DNA of 64,000 nucleotides from Squalus acanthias (Eukaryota): positions 6,386,001 through 6,450,000 of the forward strand of contig CM059453.1 of NCBI GenBank assembly GCA_030390025.1, written 5' to 3'. A model generated the notes under the pieces. It did not search any database, was not told the DNA's origin, and saw nothing but the letters and a program-made list of their open reading frames with translations. Below are positions 24,121 to 36,422 of the stretch, piece after piece. How positions within the stretch are numbered: the stretch's first letter is position 1; each line of letters opens with the position of its first letter. Both the position numbers and the translations under genes were made by a program.

Positions 24121-24217
24121 CTGTAAGGAGAGAAAAAAATTCGCGTTACACTGGCTTTCAATATAAAAAAAAAGTAGAGTGAAAGTCAAGGCGTTTCAGC
24201 ACAAAGCCTGAGATAAT

Positions 24218-24976
24218 GGCCCAAATATTCGGCCGTTCTTGGGTGAGTACTCAGTGCGTACTCACCCGTATTCGTTCCCGAAGTGCCGGTGTCCTGCATG
24301 CACTGCGCATGCGCGGCAAACCGGCATTTCCGGTATGGAGTGGGGGTCGGTTCCTCGGGGTACCGCGTGCGGAATAGAGGCTGCGCACACGCAGCACACT
24401 TAGGCTTTTTTTCAGGTTTCAACGCGAGGGTCAGTATGGAAGATTCTACGCAAGTAAAAAGGAGGCGTAAGACCACTTTTGAACAAGATAAGTAGTTAAC
24501 TAAGTGTAATTTTTTTTTTCAACAGATTTATCTTATCCAGAGACTTTAAAGAAAGGTAAGCTTATTTTTATAACTTTTAAAAAGAATTTTAAATTTTTCA
24601 AAAATGTAAATTTTTGTTTTAAGTAGTTAATTTATTTAACTATAGTTATTTTATTAATGTGATGGTTTTTATAAATTTATTTGAGGTTTAGCTGTTCTTT
24701 TGGGGCTGATTTCAATTCACAGATTTGACAGGTCTCCTGTGAAATCTATGAATGAAAGATGGTCTGCTGCCATTGGCTCTCCATGGCCCACGTGATCCCA
24801 GGGGGTCGCATCGCACTAACTGCGCCCCTGGAACACGCAAGCACTGCGCTAATGCTCTTGGGAGAGGCCCAGGACTCGAAGTTCCTGTGGGCCCAAAACA
24901 CAACGGCCGGCGCGGTGGGTGATATTGCGCGCGATACTTACCCCCGCGGCAAGCCTCCAAAACGAATTTCTAGGCC
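24218..24976. mobile_element. Harbinger-like MITE (relative of 2005-2747)
   Basis: AAT-ggcccaaatattcg ... cgaatttctaggcc-AAT. Confidence 0.75.
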
Positions 24977-25539
24977 AATAGCTTGAATAAAAATTACTGT
25001 TTTTTTCCATTGTTCTCTGGTGACGGACAGGGACTCGATGGGCCGAATGAACTCCTTCTGTGCCGTTATGATTCTATCGTGTAGGGGAAGGTGCCTATTG
25101 TCAGTTATTACTTAACGGTTAAGGAATCAGTCAGTTCATCTATGTTTTCCTCAACCTAATTATCACCCACTACGGAACATGAATTATTCATTGCTGGCCA
25201 GTTTCTTATAGTTCAGTCACCACTCTATTGCACACATGTGTTTCAACTCTAAATTAGGTCTGACAAAACATAGAAAACTGGGTCAAAGATTATGTTCCGT
25301 ATCTGCAGTTGGGATAGATTCTAGGATACTCTTAGTTTCATGGCTCAATGTCACGTGAAATGCTTAATTTACCTGATGAGTCACAGGGGCGAATTTAACT
25401 GTTGCTTAAATTTCATTTGACCTCATTTAAGGTCGTGATAGGAGCGCTGCAGATGGTCTTCAGGGAGAGGAAAAGTTTAACTCTCATCCATTGTTCCCAT
25501 TAACAACAGTGGGAAAGTGCAAATATATCAGAAGAATGC

Positions 25540-25800
25540 AAGACCCGATTCGGGGTTCAAGCCCCACCTCAGAGACTAAAGCACAAGCTGTAGCCTGACA
25601 CTCCATTGCAGTACTGATGCAATACTACAATGCTGGAGATGCCATCTTATGGATGAGACATTAAACCGATGTCCCGTCTTCCCTCACAGGTGCATGTAAA
25701 GGATTCCAATGTATTATTGCAAATGTCCCGTGTCCTGGTTAACATTTAGCATCAACCGGCACCTAAAACAGATCATCTGGTCATTATTGCATTGCTGAGT
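25540..25800 (+). mobile_element. Degenerate Deu-type SINE fragment
   Basis: ggttcaagcccc..ctgacactcc..ggatgagacattaaaccga. Confidence 0.7.
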
Positions 25801-26009
25801 TATACCTCCTATCCTTAAACCTTGTCCACTTATTCCCCCAGCAGAAGTACAAACCTTAACATTTTTTTCCGAATCCACGAAGGATTGAATTTTGACCCGC
25901 CAGTCTGTACATCTGAAAACAACATTTAATGTGTCTCTTTCTATCTGAACATTACAGCGAGCTTCTGTAAGTTCTTAAGAATGTCAGAGCCGAATATCTG
26001 TTCTGGACA

Positions 26010-28432
26010 AAACATAACAGGTCAACTGGTCCAGATGGGCTGCATCCTAGGTTGCTGAGGATGCTAGGATGGATATAGAAGAAGCTCTGACCACAATCTT
26101 TCAATCTTCCATGGATATTGGAGTGGTACCAGAAGACTAGAGGATTTCAAATGTTAGACCGCTGTTCAAAAAAGTGGAGTTGTATGAACCTGGGAACTGC
26201 AGCAAAATCAGTCTAACGTCAGTGGTGGGAAAGCTAAATAAGTCCACTGTGAAGGACAAGATTAATTCTCTCTTGGAGAAGCATGGGTTAATTAGGGACA
26301 GCCAGCACGGCATAGTTAAAGACAAATCGCGACTTACTAAACTGATTGAGTTATTTGATGAAGTACTGCTTGCGGGGAGGTTGTCTGGTACTGTTGGGGT
26401 GGTGGGGTGTTGTGGGGGGTGGGTTAAACAAACTTGGCAGGGGGATGGGATATGGAGTAGAGCTATAGTAGGGGGTGATGCACAGCCAAATATAGAGGAA
26501 AAACAAGTCAGCCTGGAAGGCAGAGCCAATATGTAACGGCTCAAGGGTGCATGGCAAGGCTGGCTGGCATTTATTTTAATGCAAGGAGTCTTGAGTGTAA
26601 GGCAAATGAATTGAAGTTGTTGATGAACACATGGGAGTATGATATTGTTGCTAAGACAGAGACATGGTTGGGGGAGGGGCAGGACGGGCAGCTCAATATT
26701 TCGTGGAAAAGACTCTTCCGGCGAGACAGAGGGGGGTGTAAAAGAGGAGGGGGTGTCGCAATATTAATAAAGGAGTCAATTACTGCTGTAAGGTGGGATG
26801 ATATCTTAGCAGGTTCCTGTAATGAGGCCATATGGGTAGAACTTAAAAACAAAAAGGAGGCAAGCACTCTGCTGGGAGTATACTATAGGCCCCCAAACAT
26901 TCATGGGGAGAAACAGGAACAGATATGAAGGGAAATCTCAGAGAAGTGTAGAAATAATAGGGTAATAATAGGTGGGGATTTGAAATTCCCCAATATTAAC
27001 TGGGATAGTCAGAGTGTGAAAGGCTTTGAGGGTGCGGAATTCTTAAAGTGCATCCAGGAGAGATTTTTGAGCCAGCATGTGGAAAGCCCTACAAGAGAGG
27101 GGGCGGTACTGGACGTAATTCGAGGGAATGTAGCTGGGCAACTGGTTGATGTGTCAGTAGGAGAGCACTTTGGTGACAGTGACCATAATTCGGTTAGATT
27201 TAAGGTAGTCATGGAAAAGGAAAAAAGATGGAACAGAATAAATGTTCTAAATTGGGGGTAGGCCGATTTTAATATGATAAGGCAGGATCTGGCAAAAATG
27301 GACTTGGATCAGCTACTTGTAGGAAAATCCACATCAGAGCAATGGGAATCCTTCGGAAAGGAAATAGAGAGAGTACAACGTGAACATGTTCCCGTAAAGG
27401 TTAAGGGTGGGACCAACAAGCCCAATGAACCATGGAGGTCACGGGATATACAAGAATGGATGATGGAAAAAAGGGTGGCTTCTGGCAGATACAAAGGACT
27501 AAAAACAGTGGAAGCCCGTGAGGAGTATAGAAAGTGCAGGAGGGTACTTAAAAATTAAATTAGGAGAGCGAAGAGGGGGCATGAAAAAACACTGGCGGAC
27601 AAAATAAAGGAAAATCCCAAGGTGCATTATCAGTAAATTAAGAGCAAGAGGATAACCAGCGAAAGAGTAGGGACCATTAGGGACCAAAGTGGCAATCTGT
27701 GTGCAGAGCCGAAAGATGTAGGTGAGGTTTAAAATGAATATTTTGCATCTGTATTTACTATGGAGAACGGTGATGTAGGTATAGAAATCAAGCAGGGGTA
27801 TTGTGATATCCTTGAAGAAATTAGTTTTGAGAGGGAGGATGTGCTAGCGGTTTTAGCCGCCTTAAAAGTGGATAACTCCCCAGGCCCTGACGGGATGTAT
27901 CCCAGGCTGCTGTGTCAGGCAAGGGAGGAGATTGCAGTGGCTCTGACACAAATTTTCAGAACGTCTCTGGCCACAGGGGAGCTGCCAGAGGAATGGAGAA
28001 CAGCTAAATTAGTACCATTGTTCAAGAAGGGTAGTAGGGATAAAACAGTGTATTACAGGCCAGTGAGCCTAACATCAGTGGTTGGGAAATTATTCAATAA
28101 CATTCTGAGGGACAGAATCCGTCTCCACTTGGAGAGGCAGGGATTAATCAGGGATAGTCAGCATGGCTTTGTCAGGGGGACATCATATCTGACCAATTTG
28201 ATTGAATTTTTCGAGGTGGTGACGAGGTGTGTGGATGAGGGAAGTACAGTTGATGTAGTCAACATCGACTTCAATAAGGATTTTGAGAAAGTCTCACATG
28301 GGAGTCTGGTCAAGAAGGTAAGAGCCCATGGGATCCAGGGCAACTTGGCACATTAGATCGAAAATTGGCTTCGTGGTGGGCCGAATGGCCTCCTTCTGTG
28401 CTGTAAGTTTCTATGATTCTATGATTCTATTC
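26010..28432 (+). mobile_element. CR1 LINE composite: old RT fragment, then ORF1 end, APE endonuclease and RT (decayed), joined to a 3' tail
   Basis: YFNARSL..ETWL..RRDR..GGGVA..YYRPP, SDHN, SPGPDG, YRPVSLTS, QHGF; (ctatgatt)n tail. Confidence 0.93.
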
Positions 28433-28590
28433 TATAACACACTCATGGGTATCATGCACTGAACCAGCCCTGCCGCTGTAGTCTGCGACTTGGGCCAAGA
28501 GTAACAGGAAATCTTTACACTTTAAGCTCAAGTTAAGTGGCACTGAGGAGATGGAAGATAAACTCTAAAGGAACAATTCAAAAAACTTAC

Positions 28591-28969
28591 ATGAAATAGA
28601 AAGAGTGACCTTAGATCCGGAAGAATATCCTTCTGTAGTATTCTGGGCGGTGATGATCTTCAATATGAAATAATAGTCACCCTGATCGCGCATGCTGATG
28701 TCCTTTAACCGGAAGGAATATTGTTTCTTTACAAAATCGCCGGTGAACTAAGCTCGACCGCTATATTTCAAGGGCACGTTGTCTGAATCCCGGGAATCAT
28801 AGATAATCGAGACCCCTGAGGTTCCATGATCAGAACCCCCCTTTAACCACATACCCTCTGGACTGCGGCCATAGGCGGGATAATCAAATGTACACTGATC
28901 TCTGTACATGACCCGTTCACCCCGACACTTTCCATGGCACCTTCGCAGACCATCGTGAACTATGGAGAA
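28591..28969 (-). pseudogene. Siglec-like V-set exon (two frameshifts, one stop)
   Basis: WSAKVP../GSCTEI/CTFDYP..GMWLK..IIYDS..YSGRA*FTGDFVKKQYSFRLKDI..DQGDYYFILK..KVTLSIS|gtaagt. Confidence 0.9.
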
Positions 28970-29572
28970 CTGGTGAAAAAATAGAAATTATACACCCATT
29001 GAAATCCGCAATAATATCGCAATTTACACATACCCTGACCGTCAAGTTATATACTATGAATTTAACCTTTAAACCCAGGTCGCAGTTTGCTTTAACAATA
29101 AAATAAGCCATAATGTCTGGTCAATGCCAGAGTGGCGGTTGATGCAATGCACCCTGCTCAATGAAGCTCCACACAAGACCCAGTTTGCTTTGAGGGCGAA
29201 AGTTGAAATGATGTATGGTCAACTTCGGGGCTCAGTTTGGGTTTAACGCTGACTGTTCAAATGGTACATGCTCAGTTTCTCACTCGTTGCGGCTGCACCG
29301 AGGTGAGTTTGTTTACACCGTGTGCCAGTATAGCAGCAGAGGGGAGTTGTGAAGTGCTGGGTTCTATTCAGCTCCTCTGTAGTTATGTTTACTGCAGCAC
29401 ACAGCCCACTGCTATCTATGACGTTCTTCGGTGTGAATCATTCTGGACAATTGAGCCAGAATGAATTTTTTTGCGGTTAGGCTACATCCGCCTACAGTGT
29501 AAGCTGAACCTTTAAGCCTACATATCAGCATCATAAGTAACTGTACATTTGGTGTTTGTATGTGTTTGCGTG

Positions 29573-29599
29573 TGAGAGAGAGAGAGAGAGAGAGAGAGA
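29573..29599. repeat. (GA)n microsatellite in the divergent intergenic region
   Basis: Directly visible. Confidence 0.95.
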
Positions 29600-29904
29600 T
29601 GTTGTTTCTGTATTAAAATTATTTGGCAACAGTTAAATATACCATAACATCATATTCTGTAACAGTCGGTCACACGCTGCCCATGCACATGATGTGCTAG
29701 CTGCCTACATCACCAACGGAGCTGATTGAGTGAGCACTGTTCAAGCAGATCAGTTTGACTCGAATCGGACTTCCCCGATAGTCTGATGCTGATTAGGAAA
29801 GAAATCCAAGATGTGACTGGAAAGAAGAATGCTGAAATCTGAATGGTGTAAATTGTGAATTGGGTTCTTCATTTCGCGAGTGAAATCTGCAGCAGATTCC
29901 AGCC

Positions 29905-29947
29905 ATGAGGAGTTGCGCGCTGCTGCCTCTCATAATGTTGACAGAAG
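29905..29947 (+). CDS. Siglec-like gene exon 1: signal peptide
   Basis: gccATG; MRSCALLPLIMLTE; phase-1 donor ag|gtacat joins in frame to the V exon. Confidence 0.75.
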
Positions 29948-30574
29948 GTACATTTCTGATGTTTTTTTACAATTTCTGCAAGTGATTTATATCTTGCGAG
30001 AAAGGAACAGCAAAATAACGAATATGAATGATTTTTTTGTTATTGATTTCAGAACTTGTGAAATAGGAATTTCATGATTGTTTACCGCGTGCGTTTTTGT
30101 TGTATTATAGTGTATACAGCCTATTCAAAAAATATATAAATATAGGATTTTTTAAAATTATAAATCACATTTAATAAAATTTACTTCATATTGATTGAGT
30201 GATTCAAAGGAGATTTAATTGATGTTTAATATATATTTTGATCAATATTTTAACATATATTTAATGAGAATTTTTATTGGGCGTTCGCTTACTTGTTAAT
30301 GAATATGTATTCGTTTTTCAGATGAGTATTAAATATGTATATTACCGGTTCATAAATCTCCCATCAAATAGGTATTCCTATAGCCATTTCCATAGGTGTT
30401 GTGATTGGAAATGATTCAGTATTTTTTCTTGATTTTGAAAAGACCTTCACCGATATTTCAATTGCTATTGTGATGGGCGATTATTTGTCATTGACAAATA
30501 CTTTAATGGATGATAAAGATGCTGAAATGTATGTTGAATTACTAATTAAAGGGTGCCTAATTTATTTTTCTCAG

Positions 30575-30955
30575 TTGTTTTTAGTGCTAAATTCTCTGTG
30601 ATGATACCAAACTTTGTGTCGGCGGTAGCCGGTACATGTGCAGAGATCCGGTGTACGTTTGATTATCCAGACTATCGGAGAATCGGTGATGTGACGTGGT
30701 TAAAGAATGAACCGGCTCCTGGTATCCCAGGCTTCCCCATTATCTATGATTCTAAATATCCATACAGGCAGCATTATAACTATCGTGGAAGAGCTGAGTT
30801 CAAGTGTAACATTGAAAAGAAACAATGTTCCCTCCTGCTAAAGGATATCAGGAAGAGTGATGAGGGTAAATACGAACTGAGTTTCGAGTTCTCTTCGGTC
30901 TGGTATAATAATGGACGTCGCAATCGGCGTCCTCACGTATTTCTTTCTGTTTTAG
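30575..30955 (+). CDS. Siglec-like gene exon 2: V-set Ig domain
   Basis: GTCAEIRCTFDYP, W, YRGRAEF, KQCSLLLKDI, DEGKY. B-E strand Cys pattern with no F-strand Cys is the Siglec signature. tcag/gtgag boundaries. Confidence 0.92.
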
Positions 30956-33146
30956 GTGAGTATTCAATTTATTCCATTTGTACATTTTCACTCCAGTGCT
31001 TCAGTATGAATCAACCTATGTGCAAAGTGGGCAAATATTATAATATCGCTGACCGATCTCAAAGGGTAGTTGAAAAAAAGGGATGCAGGGATACTGCTAA
31101 GGGTCGCAGATGTCTGATATCCTAAACACAGAAGTATACAGAAATTACAGCAGTAAAACAGGCCGTTAGGCCCAGCCAGTCCGTGTTGCTGTTTGTCCTT
31201 CACATGAGCAACACTCCGAATGGCATGTGTCTGCTCAGTTCCCATGTCCCTTTGCTGCAATTCCCTTCCAACACCTGTGGAAGCCATTCAAAAATGTCCA
31301 CATGAGGATAGATTAGGACTTGTTGACTGCACCTAAAACTGACGTTGTTCGTCGTACATACAATACAAAAACCAGCAGCTCATTATTTCCAATGAAATGA
31401 AAGGTAATGAAACTAGGGCGGTTGCTAGAATGGGTGACTTATCTGGAATGAGAGTTTTGACCAGGCCGGCCATTTCAAATTCTACTTCAGTCTGCTTCTA
31501 TCTCCTCTGTCCTGTTGCTTAATAAGTTTAAGCACTTCTGTCAAATCATCCTTACGTCTGTTTCAGCCTTATAATATCTGCCCCAATTATTAAATACTTG
31601 CTTGGTATTTACACATCCTAATACCAGCCAGAAACTACGCGAATCAGACGTAAATCCTTCCTATAGTCTGGAGCCCAATACCCGCATTCTTACTCCAACT
31701 GTGAACTGACTACTGCTCTCGTTAGAATCTCCACTATTCTCGAATTTATATTATTGATCTCTTGCCATTAAACCCAGAGCTCTAAAACATCTTCATAAAC
31801 TTTCCCACTGGAGGTGCTACTTTTACAGTCTCATGAACCTGACCCCAAATTGCACTGCTCTTCCACATCTCCCAGCTTCCTCCGGTTCAAATGAACATCT
31901 ACCACCTCATATTTTCTGAACTTTAATTATATCTGCCTCTTATCTCCCCATTCTACTATATCTCCAGTATCCGTTTGTAACTTCCTTTAGTTCTCTAGTT
32001 ATTTGCTGGGAGCTATACTTGCAAGTTTGTCATGGCTGTCAAACTGGCGATATTGGATGCGCCTCTCATTATAAACCCCGCCCAATTTTCATTTTGATGC
32101 AATTCAATGAATTCCTGGGGAAAATTTTGACATCACTCTCTTCAGCGCCATCTCCAAATTATTGATGCACACAGTGAGTAGAAGCAATTCCACAGCACGA
32201 ACCTGTGGGACACCGTACTCGGATCCAACTATTCTGAGCAACTGCGCTTAACAGCGACTCACTACATCGTCCCTTCTAAACAGTTTGTATTGCAATTTCT
32301 ACCTAATCCTTAATTCCAAACATCTTAATATCTTCTCCAATAATCTCCTGTGTTTACCGTCGGCAATGGCTGCCTGATTACATTTCAAGTTACTTTTTGG
32401 TGAAGCGTACTTTGATATCGCGAGGACTTAAAAAGCGTTAAATTAATGCAGTCATTGTTCGTGCCTTTCCCTATCCAGCGCTCATTTACCCCGCTTTTAA
32501 TTAGATCTTAATTAAAAAGTAGTTATTTCAGTAACGTGTAAATCAGTTCAAGTTATAACTTATTTGTTCATTCAAATTCCACGGCTCCAAATGCTATTTC
32601 TGCTGAAGCCTTCTTCAGATTTACACTTGAGGAACCTGCTCTGCTTCTCACACACAAGGCGGTGTTACCCGTCGTTTGTCTGGCCTGTCCATGTCTTGAG
32701 CATTATCGTTCTATATTGACGTTTCGTGAAAACAGAATCGAGATCTCTCTGGGTCTGCATTAATCACCATCACAAAGGCAATTGCTGGAGCAGAACAAGG
32801 TATACGAGAGGATGAAATATTCGTGACATTTGAGGAGTTAACGTTAATTCTAAGTCCAGCGTGCAAAATTTGTTCTCTGGACAATATCCATGATACAAAT
32901 AATGTGGATATATAACGACTAATGGTTATTTAAGTGGGGCCATTTGTTACCCGATGAGGCATAAAGCTGCATTACAACTGCGAGGGGTAATTCAGAATGG
33001 TGAACACACTTGCAACAGGTGGCAGAGAAAAATGAACAAAATGTGATTTTCTTGTTATTTCTTTCTCAGCTTTAGTTCTAAGCCATCACTCGCCCGTTTT
33101 AAAATTGAAATGTTCCTAGCAATCTGGTTTTCTCCCGTTTTTATAG

Positions 33147-33458
33147 AAAAGCCAGAGATTTCAGGTTATGGGGAATTGATCGCTGGACAAACTGCACGAT
33201 TGTACTGTTCCGTCACGCACAACTGCCCGGATGGCAACCTGAAACTGAAGTGGATTAATTACAATGTGTCCCTTTCTCCTCCAATGGATAGTCAAGTTGG
33301 AGCAGAAATTAGCAATGAAAGTTCAGGTTCTCGGACAGCTTCATCCGTGATCACCTTCAAACCATCATCTGCTCATGACGGGGCAATTCTGGGATGCACA
33401 ATTCTAATTGATGGCATCCCAACTCCTTCAGCACAAAATCTTACCTTGGAGATGAAAG
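33147..33458 (+). CDS. Siglec-like gene exon 3: C2-set domain
   Basis: KPEI..LIAGQTARLYCSVTHNCP..W..SVITFKPSSAHDGAILGC. Extra Cys for the interdomain bond; ag/gtaagt boundaries. Confidence 0.92.
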
Positions 33459-34047
33459 GTAAGTGTCCGATCTAAAGTAAACAGACGTATCCTGTCGGAT
33501 TACAGGCTCCAAATTTGCACTTTTACCACAAGTAATTTATTAAGGGTTAGAACTGCATCAAAGAATGCATCATTAAAAGCTCAGCCTCTGTACCAGGAGA
33601 GCTCACTTCGATAATCAAAGGTTTAGAATGGCTCTCATCTAATGCTCATCATTCATATTACATTAGAAACATTCATATCCATGAATCAATGATGGTGCCT
33701 CCAACAGATTTTTTAATGTGCTTGTTAATATTTATTCTATGAACTTCCAGTCAGGTTCTGAGTTTAGTCAGTCATAGATGGAAGCAACAAAGGCCATGCC
33801 GAGTGAGGATCTGAAGCTATGGCACCAGAACTCAGCTCTGGTTGGGCATAATAAGAACTTAAGAATTAGGAACAGGAGTAGGCTATACGGCCCTTCGAGC
33901 CTGTTCCGCCACTCCGGCAATCATGGCTGATCATCGAACTCAACTCCAATTACCCGCCCGATCCCCATACCCAGTATAATGTATTAATTAGGAGCAGCTC
34001 ACTTATGCTTATTCGAAAATCACATTTTCCATTAACGTCTGATTCAG

Positions 34048-34305
34048 AGGGACTGGAAATCCCAACCGTCAACTCCTCTATAGTAGCTGTGGAGGGAAGT
34101 TCATTATTATTTTTCTGCACGGCCTGTGGGAAACCCCTGGTCAGTTTATAATGGGTGAAAAATGGGGAAGAGATCAGCAGGTCTTCCACTGGTGAAATAA
34201 ATCAGATATTGAGCAACATTCGTTCTGAGGACGACGGTGAATATTGGTGCATAGCTGAAAATGCCCTGGGCACCACAAACCGCTCCACACAGATTTCAGT
34301 ACAAT
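34048..34305 (+). pseudogene. Siglec-like gene exon 4: C2/I-set domain with an in-frame TAA (34149-34151)
   Basis: VEGSSLLFFCTACGKPLVSL*WVKNG..EDDGEYWCIAENALG..QISVQ|gtaagt. Confidence 0.88.
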
Positions 34306-35232
34306 GTAAGTATGTATTAATTTATCAATTAGATAGTAGCCTTTCATTTCACGAACTCTGGATTAAATTCCAATTTTCTCTTGCCTGCTTGCTGGAAGGC
34401 GCCCATGTGCATGTGTTTGGGATAGTTTCACCCCTTCCCGCGGAAATAGCGGGAAACTAACTCGATGGCTCCAATAATGGAAACTAACCTGGCATCTCGC
34501 TCAGTATGACAGGAGTGGAATGTGGCACAATGTCTCATAAATGCAGCAGGTCTTACATTTATGAGGTTGCGACACAAGCACATTTACTGGGACCTTTACT
34601 CTACAACTAATTGTTCATAAATTATACTCGTCGTCTGAAATAAACAATTTTCCAATCATTAGAACTGACTTGCAGCAATTTGATGAGTACAAATTCTTTC
34701 CAAAAAAAGTGTGATAAAATGATGTTAAGCCAACTCCTGTTACTTGTATTAACGTTGAGTTAATAGTGCAATATTCTCGCGACTTGGTTCTTTGAAATGT
34801 CGCCTTGTGACCCGGACGTTTATTGAAGAATCAAGTCAGTCCACCACAAATGAAGATGTTTAAAACAGTACACAAAGTGTAGACATTGAAATAAATTGAC
34901 CTTTTAAAACAGTGACAGGTGAGACACCTTTGTTGGTATATTACATATAATCAAATCTCTGAGCTAGCTCCGTCTGAGGGTCCCTCACAACATCTGTCAG
35001 GATTTGTATTGATGGACTGAACACTCATTTAGTTAACATGGAATTGTTCCTAACGAGCTCACCAGTTATAAGTGAAAATATAATAAGCTATGAACTGGTG
35101 CAACATAGGCTGCTTCATCTTAAAATATAACAACCAGAACTATTATTGTTAGTTCAACTCATTACTTAATTGTATTTCGACACTACAACTGTTTTCATTA
35201 TCATTTCCAATTGAAGTTTCCATTTTTTTTAG

Positions 35233-35520
35233 ATAAACCCACAATTTTGGCAGGCCCGACATGCATTAGCTCTGAGAATTGGACGAATTGTAGCTGCCGG
35301 ATCAGAGCCAATCCCCCGGGAAACATCACGTGGGGCCTCAATGGGAGAATTCTCACTGGGGACAGGTCAGATGTGGAAATCATCTCCTGGGCGGTGAACA
35401 GTCACCTCATGGAGAGCTCCCTGAGATTGACTCACCCAACCAGAACCGGAAACCTGATCTCTTGTGTTGCAGCAAACGAGCACGGTGATTCTGTCAGTAA
35501 ATACCAGCTCCACTCGAAGG
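35233..35520 (+). CDS. Siglec-like gene exon 5: membrane-proximal C2-set domain (MAG domain-5-like)
   Basis: KPTIL..TC..NCSCRIRANPPGNITW..SSLRL..ISCVAANEHG. Confidence 0.9.
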
Positions 35521-36328
35521 GTACGTGTTTAATTTATCTGTAATTTAATACTATTAGGGAGTTGGTCCATCTCTGGTCAGTCACTAACTGAACGGTGTTA
35601 GTGTCAGCAAATGCGAGCTACATTCAGCAGGTACATACTGAATCTCTCTCGAATTAGTGTAAGGACCTCTTTCCATCAGTGGTCAATCACCAACTGAAAG
35701 GTGTTGTCGGCATTATCCATTTTAACTTTCAGTCTTCTGAAACTGGCTAGGTTTATATTTTTACCTTTGATGAAATTATCTGAACACCAGAAATAGCCAG
35801 TGATCTTGGAATACAAATTCTTCTGAATTAAGATAAATCCTTTAGAAAATCCAAATTACTCTTAATACATGATAGCAAACTACAATCTACCCTTTTGTAT
35901 GTACATGCTCATTTCTATCTTGTTCAGACTCATTTAAGTATGTAAAGCCGATATTTAATAACCTATGTGAAACTGAATTTTCTCAAAAGATTATAAATCT
36001 TACCGCTGTAACTGGTGAACTTGGCGGGCCGGTATTCTGATTGGTTTATGCCCACTGTTTTTCCGAGGGTGTGTTGTCGCGTAAACTTAATTTTTCAATT
36101 TTACAGCAGCGAATCTTAAATTATTTATTTCAAATTTACGCCAGGCCGCAACACAGGAATAAAATGCTTTTACGCAAGGTTGAGACTAGCGGAGTGCGTC
36201 ACTTTCCATTAGCTTTCTGATCCGAACATAAAGGAAACTTGATACCTCACACTCATAAATGTGCTTCGAAGATTGTTGTTTAAATCCAATTCCCTAAGGT
36301 ACAGCAATGTTTCTTTCCAATTTTTTAG

Positions 36329-36422
36329 GAATATTCTCCAGGACAATTCTTCTCATCATAAGAGGAGGAGCCACCGGGATTGTGTTACTAATTGCAGTCG
36401 TGCTCCTGCTGAAGATACAAAG
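36329..36422 (+). CDS. Siglec-like gene exon 6: transmembrane segment containing Arg
   Basis: ttttag|..GIFSRTILLIIRGGATGIVLLIAVVLLLKIQR|gtatga; phase 1 in, phase 2 out. Confidence 0.85.

Larger units (their letters stand above)
22748..28969 (-). pseudogene. Siglec/MAG-like pseudogene (V-set plus at least two C2-set exons)
   Basis: Three phase-1 exons with ag/gtaagt boundaries, homologous in order to the plus-strand gene. Multiple stops and frameshifts; no TM exon found. Confidence 0.88.

Noticed and set aside
30575-30990. Ig/TCR/IgNAR rearranging V segment
   Set aside because: The exon includes its own G strand and ends in a splice donor; no RSS heptamer/nonamer; Siglec-type Cys pattern.
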